A DNA stretch of 63,798 nucleotides, the filler included, from Choristocarpus tenellus KU-1152 (lineage: Eukaryota; Protista; Phaeophyceae), in assembly GCA_964200185.2 (NCBI GenBank). It is 14 parts of 14 records of this genome, joined end to end, with 100 filler letters (N's around TTAATTAATTAA, not from the genome) between each part and the next. Parts side by side here need not be neighbours in the genome. Positions count along the whole stretch, not along the records: positions 10,572 to 13,772 come from CAXNAD020021587.1; positions 13,873 to 18,921 come from CAXNAD020012047.1; positions 19,022 to 22,858 come from CAXNAD020017647.1; positions 22,959 to 29,346 come from CAXNAD020008243.1; 10 more parts are not named here. The stretch is one strand, 5' to 3'. The position numbers were made by a program, and so were the translations under genes. Numbering within the stretch: position 1 is the first letter of the stretch; every line of letters begins with the position of its first letter. The notes below the pieces were generated by a model. That model saw nothing but the letters and a program-made list of their open reading frames with translations. It made no database searches and was not told the DNA's origin. Positions 12,426-23,714 of the stretch are shown piece by piece.

Positions 12426-13695
12426 ATACACAGTTGAAAACAAAACAGATTTTTGCACGTATTTGTCACCATCCTTTAAATGCAACTCTGGGTACCTCTC
12501 GTCTAATTTGACTCAAAACCAAGTACACTGTACTGCACAAAAACAATTGTAAGAATTGTGACTCACTTAACTGACATCTCAGACAATGCTACTATGTGCA
12601 CACTCAATTTATACTTTAAAGAACATTGCTTTCCGCTATGAAATGGAACCTTGGATTCAGTTAGTGCCCCTATGCGCCAGCCCTGCAACACGTACGTAGC
12701 ATACATGTTTTTTTTGTGCTTGTGTGTGATGATGTAAATTGGGCATTACTGCCCTACTGTTGTGTTGTATATGATTGGTTGAGTTGTCATGAATGGGGCA
12801 CTTTCATTGGAGATGCTACAAGGTCTGCAAATCAATTGCAACACACAATATTGCAGAACCCCTAGCATTTGTATGCTACGGATAACATGGGCTTGGTATA
12901 TTTACGCACACAGAACGGTACAGTGCGATGGAGTTGTGGGAAAATCCCCCCAGGAAGTGCTTCTGGGCGTCAGTATTAGCACATTTTCACTGAAGATCCG
13001 CGGCCCGGTTCGGCATTAGACATTTTTTTCGACTCTTGCTACTCAGTTGCTACAGTAGCCAAGAGTATAATAGTCTTGTATCATCTCTATGATCTGTGGT
13101 TGGGGTATCTTATCTTGGCAACACGTACTACTTCCACTATGTTGATATATTCACGCTATGCATTCTGGTACATATTTGAAGTATGAAGTACCGAATGCGT
13201 GGCGGTATTTTCATGGTTATGGTGGGTTTAGACAACGAAAGCAAGGCTCATCTGAGGTGAGAAGTTCTGTTGACTAAGTCAAGCCATGACAAGATAAAAG
13301 GGTGCAAAGGGGAGGTTAGTTGCATAGTGTTGGCTTGTGTTATATTGTAAGGCAAACCCATTTCGAATATCACAGTGTTTTCGTAGTAGTTTCCCTGCCT
13401 ACACCACAGCCAAAAAAATGCGAACATTTATACATGGAAAGACGCAGTATTACATCTGAGGCGTAGGACTGAGAGTGTCACCAGTCAAGCAGGCTGCTGC
13501 CCACATCTTCCGCTGCCTGAGTCTCTTCTTTCTTCTTGAATGCAGACCATCCGCTCCCCTCTCTCATCCTCCAGTGTGGAGGGCATGTAAATGTGGTTTT
13601 GTGTTTTAACACACAAGATTATTAATCAAATATGAGATGAGATATGTAAGTGAGTTGGGAATTGTTGGATATTAGGATAGTTTGAGGTATGGGAT

Positions 13696-13897
13696 GACTC
13701 AAAGTATCTGGTGGGGGGGGGGGGGAGTCTGCACCAGGGTGTCCATTCGGGCCCTGACCAGGAAAAGCGCACNNNNNNNNNNNNNNNNNNNNNNNNNNNN
13801 NNNNNNNNNNNNNNNNTTAATTAATTAANNNNNNNNNNNNNNNNNNNNNNNNNNNNNNNNNNNNNNNNNNNNCACCCCCTCCCAGATACTTTGAGCC
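13696..13897 (+). mobile_element. MITE family B spanning an assembly gap
   Basis: Left end gactcaaagtatctggtggg...gtccattcggg lies before the gap; right end caccccctcccagatactttgagcc lies after it. Confidence 0.7.
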
Positions 13898-14074
13898 TTC
13901 TTTGGGGTTTTGATGAGGCAATCAATTTTCCCCAGCAGAAAAATAATTATCACTTGCTATTGCTCAGCCTTGGTCTCTCCACTGTCAAATCTTGAGTGCC
14001 AGAGTTTAAGACTTTGAGGGAGATACTCTGGAGGAGGCACATACTTCATATTTTTGTTCCATCATTGTTACAAT

Positions 14075-15389
14075 TAGTATTTTCACACTTGATTCAAGAC
14101 TTCAACCTTAATTTTGGCAAGTACAGTGGATCAAGGAGGCTATCCAATATACTGAAAGCATCACCGGTACAGTACCATTGCAGTTCCATGCTCACCCTCT
14201 GCTGGTGGTATGAGCTGGGTTTGGAAGTTAGACTTCGGTACACGACACCATTTCTTTCTTATTCTGAGGGATTTGTCCTCCTCTTGAGGTCTTGATATTA
14301 GTGGGGCTCTACTCCCTTCCCACGTGAAGCCGGTTGCAGATAGTTTCTGGATGTAATCTTGGGTGATTTGGCTCTTTGTGGTCAAGTCCATGTTGGGCAG
14401 GTTTTGTTGAATCACCTCTTGGCCTCCATTTTTTCAAGGCGATAAGTGACTGAGATTGACATGATGAACATTCCACGATGTGTTCTTGTACATGAAAGTA
14501 GCATTACTGTTGATTTTCGATATAATATCTCAGTAGTGATGAGGATTCCAGGCCATACAGATCCCAAGAGAACATGGCATGGGGTGGTTGATGTGACATG
14601 AGATGTTTGCAACCTGACATGTCTATTATTACCGGTGTAGAGAGCACCTGGGGGATGCATGTATATATATATATATATATTTAGAGCAGCACTACACATG
14701 CGTATACATGTGTACATGATGAACTGCTTTGGTTAACGCCTGTCAGTGGGATGTGAAAACCTCGCATTTCTATAACCTGGTGCTGCAAATAGGAATCCTA
14801 TCAAAAGCAAAAGAATCTATCTTGAAAAAGAATTGCTCCTCAAAAAGTCTAAGGAAATCCTTTTTTTCGTTTAGTGCTCCATGACATTCACCAATGATAC
14901 TGGGAGCTTTGTCCACAACTGTACTTTCATAACAACTACCCGCATGTGGTTGCTACGAGCAGTATTGTCAATTTCATATTTCTATGCCTCCATAATATTT
15001 ACAAAATGCCTTATCTCGACAGTTCTCGTTCCCCTACATTTCTCCTTCCTCATTTACTGTGCTTCTCCAGGCGATGGATGTCCTGCTGAGGGCGGTTATG
15101 ACATAATCAGCTCATGCATCTCAAGTGGCACCAGTGCGAATTGGGAGTGATAACAAACACGTGTACCCCTCAACTAAGAGGACAAGGACACTCCGTTGCC
15201 CCCAACAGAAAGGGAGTGGAGAAGACACCGAAAGTCAGGACAATTTAATGCAGAGGCAGGGGGTGGATACAATCCAGAGCAGCCTGGAGCAGCCATCTAT
15301 GGGAGGAAATATCCGACACTCACGCCGTCTTCGAAAGAAGAGGGTTGAATTTTCCGTAAGTAAATCAATTGGTCGACTCCACAAGAAGA
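14075..15389 (+). repeat. Left arm of long inverted repeat
   Basis: Reverse-complement match to 17802-18715 (for 14075-~15003) and to 15514-15899 (for ~15004-15389). Confidence 0.92.
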
Positions 15390-15513
15390 CCGAGGGCAAG
15401 CCTGCAAAGATGTGAGTTGTGGCACAAAGGCATATATATTGGTGGAGGGTGCGCCTATGATTGGATTGGAAATACTTCTCGACTACTCTGGGCGGCTCTG
15501 GATTGGATCCACC

Positions 15514-15899
15514 CTCTGCTTGTGGAGGCGACCAATCGATTCACTCTGGGAAAATTCAACACTCTTCTTTCGAAGACGGCGTGAGCGTCGGATATTTCCT
15601 CCCATAGGTGACTGCTCGGGGCGGCTCTGGATTGGATCCACCCTCTGCCGCTTCATTGAAATACCCTGACTAATCTGGTCTACTCCACGCCCTTCCTGTG
15701 GGGGGCAATGGAGTGTCCTCGTCCTCTTAGTTGAGGGACATACATGTTTGGTGTCATTCCCAGTCGACACTGGTGCCACTTCAGATGTATGAGCTGACTC
15801 GGCCATAACCGCCCTCAGCAGGACATCCATCGCCTGGAGAGGCACAGCAAATGAGGAAGGAGACATGTAGGGGAATGAGAACTGTTGAGATAAGTCATT
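15514..15899 (-). repeat. Right arm of long inverted repeat, inner part
   Basis: For example ccataaccgccctcagcaggacatccatcgcctggaga is the reverse complement of tctccaggcgatggatgtcctgctgagggcggttatg at ~15064-15100. Confidence 0.92.
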
Positions 15900-17801
15900 C
15901 ACTCAATACAAAGGAAGGTCCATACGTTGCTAGGGAACAACACTACATCAAGAATAGACCCACCCATTGAGATCTCAAGATCACAGTTTCAACCTTGTGT
16001 GTAGTATTTCAATCTATGCTGGTTTCTTGGTGAAGCAAATAGGATATTGTAGGGGGTATCTAGGTATCATCGTCCATTAGTGAATTGCTAGATCCTTAGG
16101 GTGTGGAAAAGAACACACCGTACTCAATACACTGGAGGATTCAGAGTGAGTATCAAGACTGAATTGAGCACCCTATCTTCCGCTCGAGGTAGTGCATTAG
16201 ACTCTGGGACCAAAGCTATGGGGGTTGTGCTTTGGAGTTAGGGTTACAAAAGTAGTCCTCTAGGACTAGGGCAACAATCGTGGTGAGTGGGGGGCCAGGC
16301 AATGAGAACATGGCTTGTGATTCTGGGATGAGCCAGCACACACAGCAGGGGGAATGATGATTATTAGGTGAAGTGAAAACCCTCTCAACCTGAGGTGTGC
16401 TTTGTGGAGCGAGGTGATCCGTTCCAAGAGCTACAAAAGGGGAAATTTGCAGGCACTGTTGTAGGTGATCAAAAATAGTACACAGACTTCAAATTGAAAC
16501 AAGTACTGCTCCTGTACAATAAGTATGAGGCGATTTATTTAACCTTGACAGCTGCTTACCGTGCCCCTATCAGGGTCAGCATCAAGGTATGAGGTGGTAC
16601 TTGAGGTGGAGCTTGTGCCAGAGGTGGATCCAGCGCCTGAGCCTCCTGAGCAGGATCGCACCCTCTGTGTAAAATACGTATGTGCTTAGTGTTAGGTAAG
16701 TGATTGCCGTGGGGTTAATGGAAATGCCAAGGTGTGATACCCGGAGTTAAAAATATGTTCTTACATGGTTTTGTGGGGCAAGAGAGATACAGCTCCACAT
16801 TGGGGCTTACCATCTCAAGCATGACAAGAAGTACTCTGACACATAATATTGTGACATCTTGATATAAAAAGGGTATCCCTGTAAGGACAGGGCAAGAGCT
16901 ACCATCCACACTAGTGTGGACATAGACTCAATATTCGACTGCTCTGCACTGATGTCCTCAGATATGCAACATAGGGGGAGGGGAGAGCATGGTAAGGCGG
17001 TAACATTCACAATCAAGAACAGACTGCTTGGTTAAAACAAGAAACATTTCCATACTATACCCAGCACTATATATTTCGAATACACTGTGCCTCTTATCTA
17101 TGTATCAATGCCTTCAGTTAAACTACTTTGCAGTTAGTATCAGTATATCAAATGGTGCCCTACTCACTGAAGTAGTAATGTAGAATAAGCCATCAAGCTA
17201 CAAAATGCAGCATGTCCTAACCCTACAACAGTGAACTTGATATTTATGAATCCCCTCCAACAGCACACCCCAATCCTCATCCAAAAAATTGGAACCTCAA
17301 ACCCATAGGGCTGTAGTCAACATTACCCACTTAACTTGGACTCCACTTTACAAAAACCAATGAACACACTCCATCTCCGAGTCACTCACCTTGACGGTAA
17401 ACTTGGCTTTGCCCTTGCCCTTGCCCTTTCCATCCCATTCCTTCTGCACAAGTACCATCTCAAGATCGCTCTTGTCCATCCCAGTCGATAAAACCCTCTG
17501 GTTATCCACCTCGACCATGAGACTTGCCCCAGCAGAGTCTGTGTCAGGGCTGACAAAGGAGTCTGAACCTGAGTCGGAGTTATGGTGAGAGTTTACAGGC
17601 AAAAACATTCCACTTGTCCCAAGATCCATGGTTTCTGACGATGGTGGTACTGGTGGTGCTGGTGCTTGATCGATCCTCACCACCTTGTCAATCCCACTGA
17701 AGGTGTTGCCAGGTTGTGGGACCCACTTCCCATCCTTGTCATACTGCAAGGAGGGGGTTAGTATGGTGTATGCTTGTGGGGAAAGTAATGGATGCAAGAG
17801 G

Positions 17802-18715
17802 TTGGAAATAGTATGGAGGCATAGAAATATGAAATTGACAATACTGCTCATAGCAACCACATGCGGGTAGTTGTTATCAAAGTACAGTTGTGGACAAAGC
17901 TCCCAGTATCATTGGTGAATGCCATGGAGCACTAAACGGAAAAGAGGATTTCCTTAGACTTCTTGAGGAGCAATTCTTTTCAAGAGAGATAATTTTGCTT
18001 TTGTCAGGATTTTTATTTACAGCACCAGGTTATAGAAATGCGAGGTTTTCACATCCCACTGACAGGTGTTAACCAAAGCAATTCATCATCATATGTGTAG
18101 TGCTGCCATGAATATATAAACTTACATGCACCCCCCAGGTGCTCTCTACACTGGCAATAATAGATGATATGACGGGTTGCAAACATATCATGTCACATCT
18201 ACCATCCCATGCCATGTTCTCTTGGGATCTGTATGACCTGGAATCCTCATCATTACTGAGATATTGTATCGAAAATCAACGGTAATGCCTACTTTCATGT
18301 ACAAGAACACATCACGGATTGTTCATCATGTCAATCTCAGTCACTGATTGCCTTGAAAAAATGGAGGCCAAGAGGTGATTCAACAAAACCTACCCAACAT
18401 GGACTTGACCACAAAGAGCCAAACCACTCAAGATTACACCCAGACACTATCTGTGACCAGCTTTGCATGGGAAGGGACTAGAGCCCCACCAATTCGAAGA
18501 CCTCAAGAGGAGGACAAATCCCTCAGAATAAGAAAGAAATGATGTCAAGTACCAAAGTCTAACCTCCAAACCCAGCTCATGCTACCAGTAGAGGGTGAGT
18601 TTGGAACTGCAATGGTACTGTACTGGTGATGTTTTCAGTGTATTGGATAAACCCCGTGATCCACTAAACTTGCCAAAATTACGACTAAAGTCTTGAATCA
18701 AGTGTGGAAATATTA
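17802..18715 (-). repeat. Right arm of long inverted repeat, outer part
   Basis: For example aaagtacagttgtggacaaagctcccagtatcattggtgaatg is the reverse complement of cattcaccaatgatactgggagctttgtccacaactgtacttt at ~14885-14927. Confidence 0.92.
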
Positions 18716-18722
18716 CTTTCTA

Positions 18723-18896
18723 GCGAGGACATCCCAAAGTAAACAAGAGGTACCAAGTTTTTGATCATTTTGAATATACTTCAACATTTTCAGCCTTTTG
18801 CAGTTTCCACATTTCTATGGATGAAGGCTAAGTTTGACTTGAGAGGATTGATTTCTCTATTGTTAGAAATATTTTAACACAATTCGGAAATATCCT
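18723..18896 (+). repeat. Dispersed repeat family C, copy 3
   Basis: Aligns with 6199-6372. Confidence 0.75.
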
Positions 18897-19318
18897 ATAC
18901 AGTCTCAAAGTATTTGGGGGGNNNNNNNNNNNNNNNNNNNNNNNNNNNNNNNNNNNNNNNNNNNNTTAATTAATTAANNNNNNNNNNNNNNNNNNNNNNN
19001 NNNNNNNNNNNNNNNNNNNNNGTCTGTTGAATTCTTAGGATGCCTCCCTAGCTCCCCCCCCCGGGGCACAGAAGTAGGTAGATGGGAAGCACAGGAAGAC
19101 AGTAGTACAATATTAATATAGTGGTGAAGTAACTGATAGATTGGTCGTTTCCGCACTTACAATGTTTTATAGTGTTCTCACGTTTAGGATATTTTATTTC
19201 TTTAGGGCTAATAATAACGACATGTGTATAGTTTTTATTGGTTTATTATTATATATTATATATATTATATATAATAATAATTATTATTATTATTATATAG
19301 AGTAGTAGTATATTTAGT

Positions 19319-19592
19319 GAGCCAAACCAACTGGGAGGTACGCAAGGTTGGAATTTAAGGATCTCGACACAAAGAAGGGGCAAAGAAGCCATTATTTGTA
19401 CAAAATACAGAAAGAGCCTTGGCTTAGTTAACTGTTGTGGTGTCATTTTGTGTGTGGAAAGGGGGAGCATATATTTTGTGTAAATTAATTTGTACATCAA
19501 GCAATGAAAAAGAGTGTATTCGTATAGGTAAGAAAGATCACTTACACTGCGAAAAGGGTCCAAACCTGCCTACCTCTCAATTGGTATCACTC
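19319..19592 (+). mobile_element. MITE family D (~270 bp), TSD AGT
   Basis: Ends gagccaaaccaactgggaggta ... cctacctctcaattggtatcactc; AGT at 19316-19318 and 19593-19595. The interior is shared with copies at ~29933, 33398, 34437 and 56358. Confidence 0.85.
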
Positions 19593-19831
19593 AGTAGTAG
19601 TATGGTTTTTGAGCTTAAAAATAAATAAATAAATCTATATATATATATTAACTTCCAACAGAAGTTGTGTATAAGCACACTCACGACAAATGTGTTCTGA
19701 ATGTTTTTAATTGATTTCTTTTCCACTGAACTCTGGTTTCCATTGCCCAAAGTCCACGTAAGTAGCAAGTACTACGGATTGTACACATCATTATCCTACC
19801 CGAGCCACAAAAATGCCAGATCAAGGACGAG

Positions 19832-20179
19832 GTGGTTGGGGTTGAGAGACTCTGTGGCGAGTCCATCACAAGCCTTGAGGGAGGGGAGAGGGTGGAGCAA
19901 CGAATAGTGGGACGACTGAACCACAAGGAAGGTACAGCAAACGCAACAAATGAAGGCCAAACTATTAGTTGTAGTGCGACACTTAGTGCACTAATAGTGA
20001 AGAGAACATACTGCACCATATGCAGACAGACAGGTCTTACCATTGAACCACTATTAGTGATGAAGCTGATGATGTCACTGCGCAGGTCAGTCGACAGGTT
20101 CAAAAAGACCGGTGGGGATTGCTTCCTCGAGCACACAGTGAAGGGCTTTGTTACAGAACCACACAGACCTATCACTTGA
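19832..20179 (+). pseudogene. Possible piggyBac-like C-terminal Cys-rich remnant
   Basis: KRTYCTICRQTG...DCFLEH resembles the C-terminal KRTxxxCxxC...CFxxH finger of piggyBac transposases. No catalytic core was seen. Confidence 0.3.
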
Positions 20180-22342
20180 TTGATTTTTCGCATCCTCAAG
20201 GCTAAATGAAGTACTAGAGAGGCTCTGTTGTGTGATGACTTGCAGGACATGGACACGTCAGGTCCACCACATGAACATTCACTCGCATCACCACAAATTC
20301 CTCCTATATTGCGTAAGATTTTGCGAATGGGAACATTCCAATTCAAACGTTGTCCTACAATGAAAGATGGTGTATTGCTTCCTCCTGACTACATTTTGAC
20401 CACAAGTGAGTCTGGGAACTGTTGGACTAATAATGTGAATAATGTTAAAAACAAAGGGAAGCATTAATAGTGCAGTTTATAGTGTCTCTGACCACGGGTT
20501 GAGATTGTCTCCAGACTAAAATGAAGTGTGAGAGCCATCTTCCAAAGAAGGCATACTTCTAAGGTAACCTATCATGAAGAATTTGTTATTCATATGGCAT
20601 TTGTTTTGGATGTTGAAGGTAACATCTGATTGAGGTAAATAGCGGGTGGTTTGAGGGGACCTTGCAACCCCCCCTCGTTCACTCTCCACTTCTTCACTCT
20701 TTCCTGAGTGATCTTCTGAGGGACTGCTCTCCCTCTTCCATTGTATATCTCTATTTTCTCGCCTCCTGTTGATCTTCCCGCTCCCCTTCAGTCTGAAGAA
20801 CCCGTCGGCTTGTTTCCATCTATTTCACAGTAGAACAAACAGTAAATTAAGAATAAACAGGGTTCATGTCCGCATTTTTTTTTCATTATTTTGTGCTGTC
20901 GTGACATAAGACATCTAAGAGTGCTATTTATTAGGCAGGAGATATGCGAAGGGACCAGCTCGTGGATTTAACAAGTTTTCAATATTTTCTGACATACCTC
21001 ACACAAGGTTCACGAAGCATTGGGACCTGTCCAGGACCTGGTCCTCGAACCTCAGGTGGTTGTTCCACCCAGGTTCCTTCACAAGAGTGCCAGGGGTTTG
21101 AACCCCCGTTGTAGAAAACTGAATTTCTCCGTAGGAAATTCGACTTTCATGGACCACATAACAAGTGCATCGGAAAGTTACACTGCACCTCACTATCTTC
21201 AATTAAGCCAAAAAGTAGGACGCGTAAAGATCTAGATCGTGGTGGCGAAGATTCATTGTGGACGCAGGTAATACGCACCAGATTCAAGAGAGGAGGTGGA
21301 ATAAGGACTACTGATGGGATGAATGAACCTAACATCTAAGAAGAAATCAAGGCACGTATGGGGTATGCAAGTAGTTGTAGTGCAACAGGTAGATCATAGG
21401 ACAGAAGATATAGTGCAGTGCCCTGCTATCTGACCATGGGTCAAGAGGTAGGTAGGGTGGAGGTAGTGGAGAAGTTATCTCTCCAATATTTCCCGACCAG
21501 TCAACTGAAGAACCTATTTGGTGCCACCCCATAATGTGGTAGGTACAAGGCTGATGGGGTTTGAAGTTATTCAAATTTAGGGTATCACCATGTCTCAAGG
21601 AAAATCAATACACACCTTCCCTTACGCATTTGGGATAAATTGGGACATTTTTGACAGAACAGGCCGGACCGCAAAAACAAATTATCCACGACCGCCAACT
21701 ATTTCAAGATTGCTGGGCCACGGGCTGGTCTGGTACCAATATGATCCATCAGGGTCAGTCCATGGCTGTCAACCTTTTTTACATGGCTAGTTCATGGGCC
21801 AGCACAGTAAGATGTATCCCAACAGGGCCAGTCCATGGTCGTCAACTGTTTCAACATTTCCAGACCACGGGTCACCTTGCGGACATCGCCTGGAACTCGG
21901 TCATGGTAACTGCCCAGAGTGATGAAAAGTCCTGGCATCTAGATCACGTTGCATTTGGTGGTATGATGACCCCTTGTGAGCTCCTTAAGAGCCCCACAAT
22001 CGCAGCAAATGAGGTTGAGCTGGGATATCAATAATAACACACCTCAAATAAGGACTTCCAATTGCACGTTAGCAGACGTTGGGGACAAGTTAGCATTAGT
22101 TTTTCCCATGTTGTTGTGTGCCTCAGCCCACAGTCTCAACCAATCCCACAGACCAACTCCTTGCATAATTGGTCTCAACCAATTCTTTCTTTGAAACCAG
22201 AGAATCACCTGTTCTCCACCTTAACATTCAGCTGAGGGATACCCGTCACAGTGTACTCATGCTGGGTTCCTGTGCTCATCCAGTACAAACTTTTCTGGGG
22301 ACTTTCCTGAATTTTTTTGAATTTTTCAAACAATAGAGAAAT

Positions 22343-22522
22343 GTCCAAAAGTATCTGGGGGGGGAGAGAGGGTCTACGCCAGGGTGTCCATTTCGCCCAA
22401 AATCAGGAAAAGTACATTTCCATTATCCATCCAACGTATGCAACCAAATCACTCAAAAATCGCAGCATGAAAAAATTGCCCCCAAATGGACAGCTGCCAC
22501 CACCCCCGAGATACTTTGAGCC
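22343..22522 (+). mobile_element. MITE family B (180 bp), TSD AAT
   Basis: TIRs gtccaaaagtatctgggggg ... cccccgagatactttgagcc; AAT at 22340-22342 and 22523-22525. Confidence 0.88.
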
Positions 22523-22788
22523 AATCAATTATATAAAGTCAACCTTAACACTTTATCCATGTAAGCATATGGGTGAATCGCAAAATACGAAAAATAGTGG
22601 AATGAATCTTGGTCGAATAAAATTCTATTTAATGTTTCGTTTCATTGTTCTGGATTGAATCAAGTCCATTTCATTGTCCCCAACAGCCCCAAAATGTCTG
22701 ATTCTCGAAGGTTTTTTTTGTGGAGAATCTTCATGGAATGTTGTCCTTCTTTGCAGTTGTCATTTCAAAGTCCTTATTCCTGATTAGT

Positions 22789-22858
22789 GAGTGAAAGTAT
22801 CTTAGAGGGTACGAGTTTTGCCCTGTTTGTCCATTTGGGGCTTGGCTTCCCATGGTCT
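22789..22858 (-). mobile_element. MITE family A, truncated by gap
   Basis: gagtgaaagtatcttagagggtacgagttttgccctgtttgtccatttgggg. Confidence 0.85.
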
Positions 22859-23714
22859 NNNNNNNNNNNNNNNNNNNNNNNNNNNNNNNNNNNNNNNNNN
22901 NNTTAATTAATTAANNNNNNNNNNNNNNNNNNNNNNNNNNNNNNNNNNNNNNNNNNNNCAAGGGGTACACAAAAAAAAAAATTGTTGACTAAAGCGTTCA
23001 ACCCTGCACAAACCACCCCCCCCCCCCCCCAAGATACTTTGAACCATATTGGTACTTCAAGACTTCTTTGCACTACAACACTTCTTTCTCCTTTTATCTT
23101 TCTTAACGTGAAATAGAGACGATGTCCTCTGCTTCCCACTGTTAAAAAAAATACGGTGGTGTTTGTTTTCTGTTCACCAACACACTGCGAAGAAGGCGTT
23201 TGCATCCACGTTTTTTTGTTTTTTTCCGGTCTACCACATTTCAATCTAGGTGCGTATATATGTTCACTACGACTCTCCATCCTCGTCACATTGGGTAATG
23301 ACAGGGCAACTGTGCAGGGCAGCCCCAGCACTGGAATATGCGGACCAGCAATATACATCCAACAAAGTGCAATCGCATTACCAGGAAGTACACGTAGGGG
23401 GATAATGCAGGCAGGAGAAACTTCCCACTAGTTCCGAATGGTGTTAAACCAGTGTATATGCTGCGATAGCAGTTGCAAATAGCAACAAAAGGCCAAGCCT
23501 TTTATCACACCCTACCCTCTCTTCTTGTTATACATTGGTTCAGGACCTAAGTTGGAAGTACGATATACCTGATCACCTGCCCTGTCCTTCAGTTCAGTCA
23601 ATAAGGGACAGGGCCATCAGTTCTGCTTGGCTGAATGCATGCATGCATTCATTAGTGCGGAGCACGAATGTGAGTGCTTGCAGAAAACGTCTATCCTGTG
23701 CTATCACTCAGCAC

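Noticed and set aside
17348-17860. 170-aa ORF inside the palindrome's extra segment
   Set aside because: Its start lies in the repeat arm, it is low complexity (GKGKGK, PAPP), and there is no assignable domain.
21650-21880. Short degenerate repeats (ccaYgg..gtcaac) as an array
   Set aside because: Too diverged and irregular to define a unit; probably TE subterminal debris, not CRISPR.
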